Source: Eledone cirrhosa
Taxonomy: Eukaryota
Direction of reading: 5' to 3'
Assembly: GCA_964016885.1 (NCBI GenBank)
Contig: OZ024740.1
Span: 118,296,001-118,360,000 of the forward strand
Length of the DNA stretch: 64,000 nucleotides
The notes under the pieces are model-generated. The model worked only from the letters and a program-made list of their open reading frames with translations, was not told the DNA's origin and made no database searches. Each line of letters opens with the position of its first letter. The first letter of the stretch is position 1. Shown piece after piece: positions 26,431 through 40,889 of this stretch. A program made the position numbers and the translations under genes.

Positions 26431-27199
26431 ACATACATCAAGTTACATCACCGCATAAATGAAAATACACACACACAAAAACACACACACATACACATAT
26501 ATATAATTATATACATACACATATATACACACATATACATAAACAGACATACATACATATACAAACACACACACACACATATATATATATACATATACAC
26601 ATATATATAAAATTATATATATATATGTGTATATATATATAAACATACATAAAAACATATATATATATATATATAAATATAAACAAATATACATACATAC
26701 ACAAGCACATGTACATAAACGTGCATATTCACGGACAAACATTACATACTCACAAAAGCACACATATATATATATATATACACACACACACATATATATA
26801 TATATATACACATACACACATATATATATATATATATACACACACATACATACATATACATACATACACACAGAAATAAATATTTGTAAATAAAAAAGAG
26901 GTGGGTGTGGAAAGGGTAAGGTAGAATGTAGGGGGAATAAGAAATATAAATAACATAGGAAAAAAGTTTAAATATAAGAGATAAGGGAGAAAGTGAGTTC
27001 AGAGAGTATTAAAAATCGTAGTGGGTGTAAGGCGTAATGAGCAAAGAAGATGTTCAAGGTGGTTGAGTCATCGTAGGAATGTCAATCCAGTTACTGAGAA
27101 GATGTGATTTCAGGTGAGGACAAGATCTGAAGATCTCGGTCTTGGAGTTCAGGCATGTGGAAGTGGCTTTCAAATTTTGTAGAATTCTAAATTTTTCAT
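25740..27199. repeat. ~1.45 kb inverted repeat
   Basis: 25740-26430 is mirrored at ~26470-27199 (TGAAAAATTTAGAATTCTACAAAATTTG at both outer ends); ~40 bp spacer. Confidence 0.9.
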
Positions 27200-27480
27200 G
27201 TGTGTGTTTGTGCATTTATGTGTATGTATGTATATATATATATATATATATATACATACATTTGCTAAACAAATTCAAAACGAAATATATATATATATAT
27301 ATGTGTGTGTGTATATGTGATATGTGTGTGTGTTTATGTGTGGGTGTGTGTGTGCCTGTGTGTTTTTATACTTATATATTTTTTTTATATTCTCCTTTTC
27401 TTCTTCTTCCTCCAGCCTCACTTTCATATTCCTTATATTTTTGTTTTTCAAATCCACATTCAATAAAAACACCAGGATTT

Positions 27481-27540
27481 TTTCATTCTGATGACTGAAA
27501 GCAAATTAGTTTGCTTTCAAGAAACCACTGGTAAATGAAA
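27481..27540 (+). ncRNA. type I hammerhead ribozyme motif, core intact
   Basis: TTTCATT-CTGATGA-cTGAAAGCAAA-ttag-TTTGCTTTCAa-GAAA-CCAcTGG-TA-AATGAAA; all three stems pair. Confidence 0.85.
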
Positions 27541-27569
27541 TAATTATCTTATGTTGTTTATTACATAAC

Positions 27570-27600
<31 letters not shown>

Positions 27601-28418
27601 GTATGTGTGTGTGTAAGTATGTATCACACCATATATTGTCTCTAAGTAGCTGATTCTATGGTTACATGTTTCAGTGGATTTAAATTTATGAAAGTATTAT
27701 CTGCAACGTATATCTAAAAATATTGGTGAGTTTTCAAATCTAATATTAAACAGTGATTACATTTTAGAAACGTGTGGTTAACCATCTATTCATAACATCA
27801 CGTTAAATAATGTTTTTTCCTGCTAAATACAATTATTTTGTTATGATAAATGTGGAGTTATAGACTACAAATCACCTTTAAGGCTGACGTTGGAAATGTG
27901 GCAAATTATATATTATTAAATGTTACCAAAAATGCTACCCAACTCATTATTTCTGAAGAGAATTATTTTAAATAGTTAATAACAACAGAAAATGTAAGGG
28001 TATTGGCATCAACTCAAAACTTCAATATCAAAATAAAATGTCCTTAAAATATAGAAAAGAAAGAAAATATCTTCACCTTTCAGAAAAGATAGACATTGCA
28101 AAACGGCAATTTATATATTCAGCCAAAAAAAGGTGTGTATGTGTTTACACTGAATGTATATTTCATATATTTACTCAATTATATGTACATACCATTGAGA
28201 ATCTCCATGCATTCACACTTATATGTATATGTGTGTGTATATACATATATATATGTATCCACACATAGTCATGCCAAAAAAAAAAAATGGAACGTAAAAG
28301 AGAGATATGATCCTTCAGCCCATCTAGGAGGGCAGTATCTCCAAATAGCAATAGACTTGGGTCCAGCCTATACCAACATGGACAATGGTCATGAAATGAT
28401 GTTGATGATATACTTTAC

Positions 28419-28521
28419 CATTCTGTCCAAGAATGCATTCATGTATAAAATGATATACATTTTTCTCTACATAAGCAATGGTGGCTCTGTTAGAAGCATA
28501 TATATGCTTGTAAAATGTAAA
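28419..28521 (-). CDS. candidate internal exon FTFYKHIYASNRATIAYVEKNVYHFIHECILGQN(G)
   Basis: Strong acceptor TTTTGTTATTTCAG, donor ATG|GTAAAG; only one frame is open. Confidence 0.5.
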
Positions 28522-29594
28522 CTGAAATAACAAAATTAACACAACCAATGACACAGTACATGGAAGAAATATATTAGTTTAATGCTTGAAGTAGCAGGCA
28601 GAGAGTCTTAACATTTCAGTCACTAATCTTTCATCAGAAGATAGATTTAGAAATAGAAGATAAATAGAAAGTAAAGAGTGATGAGAGGAAGGAATGGGGG
28701 AAATGAAAAAAAAAATGGGGAGAAAAAAAACATGTGCATATTCAGTTGGCCATCATATATAGGGTGTGTGTATATATGTGTGATCTATGCATGTGTGGGT
28801 GTGCGTGCACACTTATATGCATGCGTGGGCTCCTGTGTTTGGGTGTATGTCTGTATGCATCTGTACGTCTATGCCTGCCTGTCTATGTTGTTGAATTTCT
28901 ACCTCTTATAACTACTATCCACAACTAGCCAATCCTTTTTTTAAATTCTTTGACAAAAACATGAAATGTCTTTACAGACACGATACAATAACATTGGGTT
29001 GTCCAAGCATGACACCCCACAACACCCTGCTCCCTGTTTACACCAAAACAGGTGTTTGACTGACCAATACGCATTCTAAAATGCCCACGTGCACACACAC
29101 ACACATGAATCCTTAATTGCTTGCATGCTCACGTAAAGACGCACATGAATATCAGTGAATACACACCCTCATTGCTGCCCCATCAATTACACCAAAATAC
29201 AAACTAATGCCCACTCACAAAAAATAGGGCCGATGCCTATATATATAGCTTCTCGACCCACATACCACAACAAAAATATATCTTTTGTCGCATCACATGT
29301 CTGATTGGCTCCATAACTCCTATGGGTCACCATGAGCCAATCCTCTGTGAAACGCACATAACAGGTCAATAAGCAATACATATTTTTCATATATAAACGA
29401 AACTTCCTCGTTTTTTTCTATTATATATATATAACTATTATATATATATATACATCACTTATTGGTGCAAAATGTTTAGCTACTATTAGCTCACATATTT
29501 GAGCAAGCAATACCAATGTGGGTTCAGCTGCCAATGTGGTATTCTACATTTTCTATTACACTGTAGTAAGTATCCATAAGAAGCAGTGTGTTAA

Positions 29595-29714
29595 TAATAA
29601 TAATTGTTTCTACTTTAAGCAAAAGGGGCAGCAATTTGAAGGAAAAATTGATTAAACCCCAGTACATTACTGGTGCTTTATTTTATCAACCTCGTAAGGA
29701 TGAAAGGCAAAGCT
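29595..29714 (-). mobile_element. SINE family A 3' fragment
   Basis: TTGTTTCTACTTT...GGATGAAAGGCAAAG. Confidence 0.7.
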
Positions 29715-29759
29715 AATAATGATAATAATAAGGTGTAGGAACTTGGTATCAATATAGTA

Positions 29760-30080
29760 TCATTTCATTTTACGTCCGCTTTTCCCTGCTTGCAAGGGTG
29801 GGACGTGAACAGATTCTGGCTTGATTTCTACAGCTGGATGCCCTTCCTAACACCAACCTCATTTAAAGTGAGTGCTGGGTGCTTTTTTGCCATGGCACCT
29901 CCACAACCACTTTGCAGTGGAATGATAGGGGGACCCAGTCCCTATCATCTCATTTCTACAGCTGAGGAAACTGGAGCAATGTGAAATAAAGTGTCTTGCT
30001 CAAAGAAACAAAACATCACCCGGTCTGAGAATTGAACTCACAACCTTTCGATTGGCTCTAACCACTGAGCCATGTGCCTC
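29760..30080 (-). mobile_element. SINE family B
   Basis: Reverse complement of 10353-10670. Confidence 0.85.
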
Positions 30081-30392
30081 CATATCATTATGTTTATTCA
30101 CATATGATGTATGTTTCATGATTGATCAATTCAAGGTACAATTGGTATCAACTGGATCCAACTTTGGAATTGAGAGCTCATCAGATTACTGGATGATCTA
30201 TCAATTCCAGTATTGAACCCAGTCAGTACTGATTGTATCTTGAGCTGACCAATCATAAAACTTGCATCACACATAATGATGCTATATTGATACTTCATTC
30301 CCATTCCTTATTTTTATATACATATATACAAACATATATATCCTGTCAAACCCTTGCTAGCAGGGAAAACATAGATTAAATGTTGATATATG

Positions 30393-30427
<35 letters not shown>

Positions 30428-30429
<2 letters not shown>

Positions 30430-30577
30430 CGAAGGAAATGTGGTAAGGAACCAGGTGGACCATAACGCACCAAAGTACTCAATACTTGGGGTAGTAGAGT
30501 GGGTAATAGGAACCAGTAAGACCCCGACCGTCGAAACGGCTTGAGCTCAGCCGTCGGGGTCTTACTGGTTCCTGGTT

Positions 30578-30580
<3 letters not shown>
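30428..30580 (-). repeat. fold-back Penelope-like terminal remnant inside (TA)n
   Basis: 21-bp inverted arms 30508-30528 and 30553-30573; GAAA-CGGCT...AGCCG-TC half hammerhead; tail GTATTGAGTAC shared with 20342-20352. Confidence 0.65.
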
Positions 30581-30657
<77 letters not shown>

Positions 30658-32545
30658 CATGTCTAATGAAAAAATCCCATTCACTAATAGAAGCACTGCA
30701 AATCTGGGAGGTCAGTGACTCTGAACAAATATTGACTTGCTTTGTGATGATGATGACATCATGTAACTCCTCTGGCTCAGCTGACTATTCATTCAATTTT
30801 TTCTTCTTTCCCTAGCTTCCTCTATCTATATATCACTTTCTGTATATCTCTTTATCTCTCTCTTCCCCTATCATTCTATGCACATATATAGAACTCTATA
30901 TATCACTTTCTACTACATTCATATTCCTATAATATAGAAGCATGCATACATACACACATATAGCTGCACACACATACATACACACATATATATAAACTTA
31001 TACATAATTGTTTATTTTTATTTATACATAAGCTATCATTGATGCAGCTCAATTCAGCAAAAATCAATATGATTTCAAAATGCCCTACAATAGTGACCTA
31101 GGAGCTTTTGGGGTATTTCAGCCTCATATGAAATTACTTTACATGGTGCTGTAAATGCATGTTTTCTTTCTTTTTTGTGTGTTTTATATCTGCAAAGGTA
31201 GAGCAAACCAGCATCTTTCTTGATCAGGACGTAAAGAGGATCTTAAAGAGTGCTCATATCCAAGTAATTAGAAACAATATGATTGATGAATTTGGTTCTT
31301 TCTTGCTTCTTACAAAAAGATTCAGGACGTGTGAACAAATTACTATGATCTCCCTTAACCTCCTAACCTGAATGAGCTTTCAAGTTTTACCTTCAACTCA
31401 TAAAACTTCATTTGGGCAAAATTGAAGATGGTTCATGCATGTTGGTTTAAGAAGAGATGCATAATCAGAGATATCAATCCTAGTATATAATTTTACTACT
31501 TTTGTTGTTGTTTCGCCCAGGTCATCTCTGATTAAGCAGACTTATGATTCAAAATGTTCCCTCTATCCTACAATTGTTTTTCAACCTAAGTGTTTCAAGC
31601 ACCAATTTGATCATGTGTGTCTTTCCCTTTCTAAATGGCAAGCAACTGTACAGGCATACCACAATTAAAACTAATCTCAGTTGGATTTCAAACTGAGAAA
31701 CTAGAGTGATGAATACTAAATACTCTAGAATTTGTTAATTTCATGACTAAGTTAGCTACAGTGATCTTGATCTTAAAATAGTTGTACACCTAGTTAAATC
31801 CTGGAACAATTAAACCCTTCATTACCATATTTCTAATGAAATGCACACTGCCCTTGTTTCAATTAACCTAGAAAACAATGAAGAGTTTGGAGGAATTTAG
31901 TAACATAGCTTACATTTTTATCATTAAGCTGATGATTTTACATTACTTAACACAAAAGGCCCTTATATAAAATTATAAAAGCTTTGTATAAAAATATGAA
32001 TACTTCAAATCAGGCAGGTTTTGTATCATAAAACAGTGGCAGTTTTAAATTGGTTGACATAAAAAAGTTTAAAACGATACTATCATCAAAATATTTCACT
32101 AGCAATGCTATAAAGATCAGAGTTTCAAACTAAACAACAGTTATTGAACGGTGTTTCTGAGTAATGTTGGATGAATTTACTTAAGCAGATTTCCCTTGCA
32201 AGGATGCAGCCCCTGTTCATAATTTAGAGTTAACTATTGAGTGGTGGGAAAAGAAAACCTGATGCAAAAGCAATTTATACAATATTACGAAAATGAAATC
32301 ATTTACAAAGAAAAGTTATCCATCCAACTGATGCTGGCATAAGAAAGTGAGTATAAATCAGTATTAAAAAAAATGTAAAAGAGACAAGAAAAGTAAGAGT
32401 AATGCATCTAATAATATCTGTAGTTATTCAAGTCACTCTGTTTTCTATATTTTAGTCGTGCTTCTAAAGAATTCATTTCACTTCATTTCATTTTTGTGTG
32501 TTTTTATACATGAATTCTGTGTATAATTGTTGGGAACACTCAAAG

Positions 32546-32620
<75 letters not shown>

Positions 32621-33157
32621 TACATGTATATGCATATAAATAGATCATGCATACATATGTATAAACACAAACACACATACACACACATGAATGTATGCAT
32701 ATTATTTCTTTTAATTTCAATTATGAAAAAATTTATTGGTTTCATTTTCTTGTAAAATTTGTAATCTTTTAAGGAACCATCCATTAATGCCCCTAGGATA
32801 AGTTTCTCCATATTGCCTAAATCTATAGAGTTCTTTTTAAATCAATTTAAGTTTTGTTAATAATCAAAATTTCTTCATTTCCTTCCTACAAATAATCCAA
32901 TTAGCAATTATGCAAATATGAAAACAAGTGGGAATTCCAGCCATGATGTGGCATGTAATACAGAATGAATGAAATGAATGAATGAATGAATAAATAAATA
33001 AATAAATAAATAATGGTATTTTATTGAATATCAGACATATAATGAATTGGTATTTTGATGAGAGGAATATAAATAATGAATTTAACAATTCAACTAAAAT
33101 CTGCCAAAAAAATTGTCATTTTCTTTGCAGAAAAATCTAAAATTTTATTCAACTTAC

Positions 33158-33235
33158 ATGCTCTTTATTATTCAAATAATTACCTCCTCCTCCTCCTCCT
33201 CTTAATGCAGTGGTGTATTTATTATCTCCAAACAT
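33158..33235 (-). CDS. candidate first coding exon MFGDNKYTTALRGGGGGGNYLNNKEH
   Basis: ATG with an in-frame upstream stop; donor CAT|GTAAGT in phase 0 fits exon 28419-28521. Confidence 0.25.
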
Positions 33236-35324
33236 GGGTGTTCTTTTAGATGCCAACAAATATCAAAATGCTGACCAGTAAAATCTATATCTTATGCAGG
33301 GCATATGTAAACATCCCTGACTGCCCAAGCAATAAAGATATGAAGGCATGCATAGAAACAAAATCACACAAATATGTACATGCACATACACATGTACACA
33401 TATATATAATTCTATGGGAAAGGTTATATTTTCTCCTTTCGCTTAGAAGAGTAACTGTCTTCCACTCTCTTTTCCATGTCACCTCTCAACACACTATTGT
33501 TGTCCAAAAGAATGACAAAAGCCAATACAACTTGGCACCAGTGTCATTGCAGTTGAATTCAAAATGCAAAGGACCAGAAGAAATACAGCAATGGATAATA
33601 TATGATGTCCTATCAATTCTGACACACCACAGCCCAGGACTGGTACTTTATTCATCATAAGGGCAACAGGCAAAGCTGACCATGGCAGAATTTGAGTTCA
33701 ATGGCCAGAGTGAGACCAAATACAATGAATAATTTAATCCTATGCTCCAATGACTCTACCAATTAACTATTTTATCATTGTATATATATGTATGTGTGTA
33801 TATATATATTATTTCCTACTATATCAAGTGTAAAACTAACAATATATTTCTTCAATGTACTGTGTTGTTTGCTTTGATATTTCTGTTTGCCTTTTTCATA
33901 CTTATATATATATATATAATCTGAATTTTTCGAATCTAAACTATAATAAAATAAGGAGTGCGGGACTGCATCCAGAATAAACATTTTTTATCCCGTTTGT
34001 AAAATAAGTTCGATTACTTTGAATAAATAATGAATGAATATTACATAATTTATGTACTAAATTTCGTAACTAAATTTCGTATTTATAAATAATTTAAAAT
34101 TGACTTCTTTTCAAAGTTACAAATTTCTAGACTTCCGGTATATCGTCGCCACCACCACCACTTCAACTACCATATATATAAAAAGAGAGAGTTTGTGATG
34201 AGAGCGATAGAGTGATTATGACTTTCTACACGCTGACGCGTATGATTGTGCGCATACATCTATATGTATGAGTATATAACTATAATCACGCAAACACAAA
34301 CTTATAAAAAATACACCTTCACGGACATTCAGATAAATACACATACTTTCACACAAAAATATTCACACAAACCCACATTCATGCATACATTTACACAAAC
34401 ACACACATACAGTCATGATAGTGTTCGGTGAATTGGAAACGGGAGGGTAAAACAAGTATAACATTTTATTTATTAACAACACACTTTAACTCTTTTTTTT
34501 AAAAACTCATTTGTATTAAAAATTAATATAATGCTTACAGAACGAAAACAAATATAATGTACTATCATAGGCACCCGGCGTTGCCCGGGAATGAAATTGT
34601 TCCTAACATATTAGAAGAAAAGAGCAAAATATGTTGTATAGAAATGTGTTATTCTAAATTCAATTTATTCTTCAATTGGGACATACGATGAAATCAATTC
34701 TGAGTTCATAAAAAAAGATAATTGTTGTGAGAAAAATAAATTTCCAATTTCATGGAGGAGGGGGGGGGGGGGCTAAGAAAGGGTCGTGTGTGTGTTCACC
34801 TTTAACCAAAGGAAGCAAATGTTGTTAGGAAAAATAAGTAAAGGTAAACCGGGCTTGTTAAGAAGAGCGATAACATACCTGTCTGTCCACTGTAGCGCTT
34901 ATAACACTGTTTTAGTGGATGCTGGACGATTTGGATTTACCATTGCGGTAGCCATCAAACAATTTCAAGTAGGTCCCTTAAATAGGGTTGTGTGTGCGTT
35001 CACTGACAGCCCTAAACATGAGGGGTCACCATCAACAATTTCGGCCGTAAAAAGGGCCGCTTGATCGTTCACTTGCAGCCCTTGAAAGGACTTTGACTGC
35101 GTTCTCCAACCGCCGCAAAAAGGACTTCAGTTGCGTTCATTGGCAGCCATTAGAATGACTCTGTATGCGTTCAAGATTTGTTCAGCCGCCTTAAATTGCC
35201 GCGCCGATTGTCAAGCTGGGTTACTCTCTGAAGGTGATAACCTTAAACCGAGGGAAACATACATTTTAGTTAAGAGACTGTTTAAAAGCTCATCAGGCTG
35301 GCTAAAGAAACGATGATTACGGAC

Positions 35325-38300
35325 CTATCTCCTCGCTGTAAGAAACGATGTTTCTTGTTTTTCCGCGACGTGCAAATGCGAAAAGACTTTCCCTGCTGCC
35401 CACTCTAGAGCACCCAGAGTACAATGTACCGTGGGATAAACACGGTTCTTCCAGAAGAAGTCCAGCCACAGAAAGAGTCTGTCCCTGGGACTTGTTGATG
35501 GACATAACAAAACTGACCCGATGCGGAAATTGGAGTCTTCGGAAGGTGAACGGAATTTCTGCTCCCGAGGGAATGAGAGGAATTCTCGGAATTAAGACAT
35601 CATCACTTTTTCCTCATCCAGAAAGGATTGTTGCCTCAATTACATGTAGTATCAATTTTTTCACAGCCAGCCGTGTCCCGCTGCACAGTCTTGGTGGTTC
35701 CAAATTCCACAGCAGCATTAAAGGGGTGCCAACTTTAAGGAGAAGCATATGAAGCGGTAGTCCTGGGGTCTCCAAAGAATTGAGGAACTCCGGCGGAAAG
35801 TTCACCTCTTCATTGGGATTTGGCATCGTGTCAACAGATTTGTAAGTGTGAAGAACACTAGAAAGGGAGTGTAGTAGTTGGTCGTTGGTTGTGTTAACAG
35901 CGACGTTTTTGGAGCTAGAACTGCTCTTTCACACAACAATGCGTGGTTCTGGTAATTGTCTCTCAAATCTGGAAACACTTTGTCTTTCATCTGCCCCGCA
36001 GAATTAACTGAGGTCGAAAATGGCCACACTTCCAGCTTTCCTGCAGCGTCCAGAGGTATTTTGCCGTCGCCAAGTTTCAAAATGTCCTGTGAAAATTCCG
36101 CGGACGTTTGGTCGCCGTGTTTGGTCGCCGAGCTCTCATGTTGGTTGTCCTGACATGGCGCTACAGCGGAGAGGACTTTAGGCATGCTTGGACTTCATCT
36201 GCTCTTGTGCCTTTGGGAATGACGGGAAGAGTCTGCCTGAAGTCACCCGAAAGCAGAAGCGTAACACCTACCATGGGAGCCTGGCAGCCTCTGATGTCCT
36301 TTTGAACTCTGTTTAATGCGTCCAGAACTCCCTTATGGGCCATGGTGCACTCATCCCACACAGTGAGCTGACATCGTTTTAGGACTTGGCCCTGGTCGGT
36401 GGTCTTGCTGATGTTGCAAGTAGGCGTTTCTGACGTTGTTAAATTGAGAGGCAATTTAAAACTGGAGCGTGCGGTCCTGCCACGGGGAACAAAGTGGCAG
36501 CAATTTCAGAAGAGGCAACAGCAACCGCATTGTCCTTTTGCATCCTGACGTTTTCAAGGAGGTGTCTCGTTAAAAATGTTTTGTCCGTCCTTGCAGGAGC
36601 ATCCAGAAAGAACATACCTCCTTTTCTGTGGCGCACATGGTCGGCAACAATGGTGTAAGCACGACGTTGGTCCGGAAGAAGTTGTGGTTCAGTTTCAAGG
36701 ACGTACTTGGTAAGACCATCGACGCCGTAGGACGTTTCTCAGAGAAGAGCTGTAGGAAGTACGTTTGACCCTGTACGGATTGTTTGGGGCAGACCATATG
36801 AGGGCAAATAATTTCCGCTGAGTGATGCAACTCTATCCTCTATGTCAATCAACGCTAGATTGAAGAGCTCGTCGCTGAGACCTTCAATCTCAGGGTATTG
36901 CACTTGCGCCTGACGTTTGTAGTCCTCGGATAATACATCTTTATACTTGATTTACAAAGAGATAGGATTACTCAGTTCGCAAGTTTGCAGCAGTACTGAT
37001 AATAGAGCTCGTAGGCGCATAGGCGATTGAGATGCAACAGCTTCGAATAAAGTGGAATCCCACTGCGCACCGTCTTCTAGCAGGCTGCTCTTGAAGCAAG
37101 CTTCCCTGTAAGTGCTGCACATGGAACCGTCGGCAGTTCTAAGGTCATGAAAGGACTGGGGTCCTCTTACCTCATGTAGCAGAAGACGGAGGTAGAAGCA
37201 CTCATGCTGGTTTGGGTGCACTGTGCAAACTCTTCCTAGGCAACTGTCAAACTTTATGCCAGGATGTCCATGAAAAGAATGACCTGCCTTTCTGCGAACC
37301 CATTGTTGTTTATTCCACGTGTAATAGGACGACACCTGAGGATACAGCAGGGTTTGAGCAAATGAATCGGCCTGACAAAGTTTGAATAATGCAGTGAGGG
37401 TGGTTTCCTGTGGTTTCTCCACCATGTGAGCAGCATTAACGTCAGTGAAGTACACCTTTTGACCATTCTCCAGGTGGACTGCGAGCTGTTCAATTGCAGG
37501 GTGCCTTTGGTCTATAGGGAAGCCGAAAATAGGCCAGAAAGCCTCGTTTCTGCTGATGTAACGGCCAACTTGGTATTGCGTGACCTCATCACGGCTGTTG
37601 TCCTGTTGAAGACCGAACATAGCAGCGTCTGAACCATTATTCACATATTTACATATGTACATGATTGACTTGACGGAATTACAGAACTCGACATTGATGT
37701 GAGCACCGAAGGTCTTCGAAAGAAATGGGCAGTATGGCACTATCCATCTATTGTCGACCTCGTGCTGTCCAACTGTCGCTATAAAACCACCGTCTCCGGG
37801 TTGGCGTCGCTGGTACAGTGGGTATCCGTCATCGCCAGTCTGGGTTTCTTGGAGGAACTTTCGGGGAAATCTTTTGCAGCAGGGTGAGCTTAAATTGAAA
37901 CCCCGCGCACATGGACCATGTTTGTCTTCACTATGTCATAGAGGTCTTTGTCTATAGACAGATCGGGAAACTCTGCGGAGATGATGCTGTCAATGTCATT
38001 TGAAGATATTTTTGTTGACAGCCAAATGAGGATGTGGGCGTGCGGTAGGGCCCTCTTCTGCCACTCTACGGTGTACATGTCACACTTTACTGGGCCAAAG
38101 ACTTGTCCTCTCTCGAGGAACTCCATAAGATTGATAAGCTTTAGCCGAAAGACTCGGGCCAGGAGGTCATACCTGTCCTTGGCCTGTTGCCCTTGGAACA
38201 GTTCTGTCCCGATCTCCTTCCACTTTGGATTGCAAGTGAATGTGATGAACAGATCGGGCCTGCCGTAATGCCGTACGTAGGTCATAGCATCCTGCGTTCT

Positions 38301-39798
38301 CTCGTGCACGTAGCGCGGACTTCCGGTGAAGGTGGAGGGGAGAATGCACACTTTTCCTATGCTGTTTGGAGCTGCGTCATTTTTTATGGCATCTCGGAGA
38401 TGGATGTAGCTCTCGGTTCGCAGTTGCCTTTGGTGTGACCGTATGAAACACAGTCTCTCCGATTCCATTTTTGCGCACATATCAACGGCGAATTTCTGAA
38501 GTAGGTCTCTTGACTGGTGCAGGTGATTGAAGGAATCGTGGCGAACATTGAAGCGATAAGAGTAGAAATCCATGCATGAAACTGGTTTTTTGACGGAGTG
38601 TTGAGGGTTTACTGGATTATGCTGGTGAATTCCGTACTGATAGCCGTCCTCACCATTTACAAAGAGAAGTGGATACTGGAGCGCATTGTAAGACCTATGT
38701 GTTTCGCTGATTCGCTGAAGAGTGCTATCTCGACGCTTGAGGACAATGTCTTGTGGATTATGCTGACGCCCATGCATAAGTACAGCGATTTCATTGCATG
38801 CAGGATAATTATACCGACCCGGATGCTCCCCAGATGGCATTTTCGAGGCATCAATTACCACATTAAAATTGGCTGTGGTATCTGCTTCCAAGGCATACTT
38901 GAAGCTAATGACATAGCTATTTGTTGTGTGCAGAATGTCTTGCAGTTTCCTTATAAGCTCAACGTTGGTAACAGGTGAAATGGAGTTCCTCATGGCTGCC
39001 TTCTCATTGTCACTCCTAACAAAGTACAGCTGAAGAAATTGAGGTTCTTGATTGGCGGCAGGTTGGAGGGATCCGATTCTATGGTACACCTGACCTTGCA
39101 CCTTAAATGTGGGCATAAATCCGCCTTCCTTGACATGTGCGCCCCGAAAGATGTCATTTGGAAAGCACAGTTATACCTCCGGATGTAAGTCAGGAAATGC
39201 CGTGACTCCGCAGTACTGCCTGAATATTGGAGCTTCAACGGTTGTGGTAGAGCCTCCAGGGGACGTATTTTTACTTTTCCATTTGCGCAACACAAGCCAG
39301 GTGTTTCTCCGGGCCACTTGTTTGCATTGCAGAAAGAGCACGTCTTTGATATACTCCCAATGCGCATGTCTGGATGGCCACTGTAATCAAAGTCAGGGTT
39401 GTACTTGAATGCTTTTAAGGACCATCGTGAGCAACACGGCCTTGAAATACCCTGCCCAAAGGCCCTTCGTTGAGCATTACATTGTAGTCGAATGTCTCGT
39501 TCTTGCGAGGTCTGTGTAGCTCGCGCAGCATTAGTATTCGGAGCATCTGTACTCCAACATCCGTACATCCGTACTCTTCCGTCTCGGCAGCTCGTGCAAC
39601 AGAAGTTGATGCGGCATTAGCGGTTCGGCGAATGGTTCGTTGGTTGTGTGTTTCAAGTGCTCTTCTGGTGGCAGCACGTTTAGCATCTTGCGACCGCCGA
39701 ATAGCAGGTTCCACTGACGATTCGTTTACCCGCCCTGTTCTTGTTGTTGCTGCTTTCGCAGTTTTTCGGCCAATGGAGTATCTCTTCCTTTGAGGCAT
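35325..39798 (-). pseudogene. Helitron RepHel (HUH Rep plus PIF1-type SF1 helicase), several frameshifts and stops
   Basis: FITFTCNPKW, VEWQKRALPHAHILIW, SIMYICKYVNNGSD, broken Walker A (PARTDKT), WDECTM, GDFRQTLPV, SINKSQGQT. Confidence 0.92.
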
Positions 39799-40212
39799 GA
39801 CCTAAAAGCAGGACGAAGTACACTGAAACTCACTGGTAGAGTAAGGAGTAAACTCGTCAGTGAAATAAAAACCGATGCATGTGATTTCCGAACGGTTGAC
39901 TATGTAATTGCTAAGCCATGAGTGCCGTCTTAACCGGGGTATGATTAGGGAGAGGGGTAACAGTAAGAGCAGCAGTTGGAATGAATGAAAGTTAGTGAAT
40001 ATGTTGTCACTGAAAGAAATGGCGTAAGTGAAACGCCACACGCACGTACACACACACACTCACGCACGCAAACGCACAAACGCACGCAAACTCACGCACG
40101 TACGTGTGCACGTACACACACGTTAATCGATTTAACTCTTAGTGGAATGCTACACGAACACACACACACGCGCACGCCCACACACGCGCACGCACACACA
40201 CACACGCACACC

Positions 40213-40400
40213 GGTGGATTGGCAGTATCGGTAGAGGGTCGGACACCATGCTTTCCAGCATAGTTACGTCCCTTTACGATCTGAGTTCAAATCCCGCCGA
40301 GGTTGATTTTGCCTTTCATCCTTACGGGGTCGATAAAATAAACTACCAGTAATGCACTGGGTGATTGCTGGCCTTGTGCCTAAAGAAGAAACAGTTAATT
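40213..40400 (+). mobile_element. SINE family A nested in the Helitron 5' region
   Basis: Matches 778-966; follows a (CA)n tract. Confidence 0.85.
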
Positions 40401-40889
40401 AGTTATATATTTCCTTCCCCACTTCCACTCTCATGTATCAAACATAGCGTCTGTCGCTCTCTCTCTCTCCCGTTATCCCCCTCTTTTAGTCTGTCTTTTT
40501 CTTTCACTCTCACTCTTTTTCTTTGTAACTCACTCACATTTCTCCTCTCTATCAAAAAACGCTGTAACGAATGGGGAGATGGAGGAGGAGGAGTAGAGAG
40601 CCACTTCGTCACTTCGCCTCTCCGTTTCTTTCTCTCCCCTCTCACTCCTTCATTATGTACAGACATTGGCCACTTCACTAATTCGATCCCTTGGACTAAA
40701 TAACTTGAAATTTTTCTTTACATGTGTAAAGTTTGAAAAAATAATGGTTGGGGACTTCTCGAGTTTTATGGAAACAGATACACAGACATTCTTTGTTTTA
40801 TATATATAGATATGCTGTAGCTTTCAAACTTAACCACTGTATCCAGGGTGTGGGAAGAAGCAAGAGTCACTAACTGTGACGTCCCATTC

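Larger units (their letters stand above)
34562..40810 (-). mobile_element. near full-length Helitron (decayed autonomous)
   Basis: 5' A|TCTATATATATAAAAC at 40810; 3' hairpin CCCGGGCAACGCCGGG then ATAG|T (variant of CTAG) at 34562; RepHel fragments inside. Confidence 0.92.

Noticed and set aside
32717-32816. Protein-like - strand frame QYGETYPRGINGWFLKRLQILQENETNKFFHN*
   Set aside because: Ends in a stop with no donor and cannot be joined to the candidate gene.
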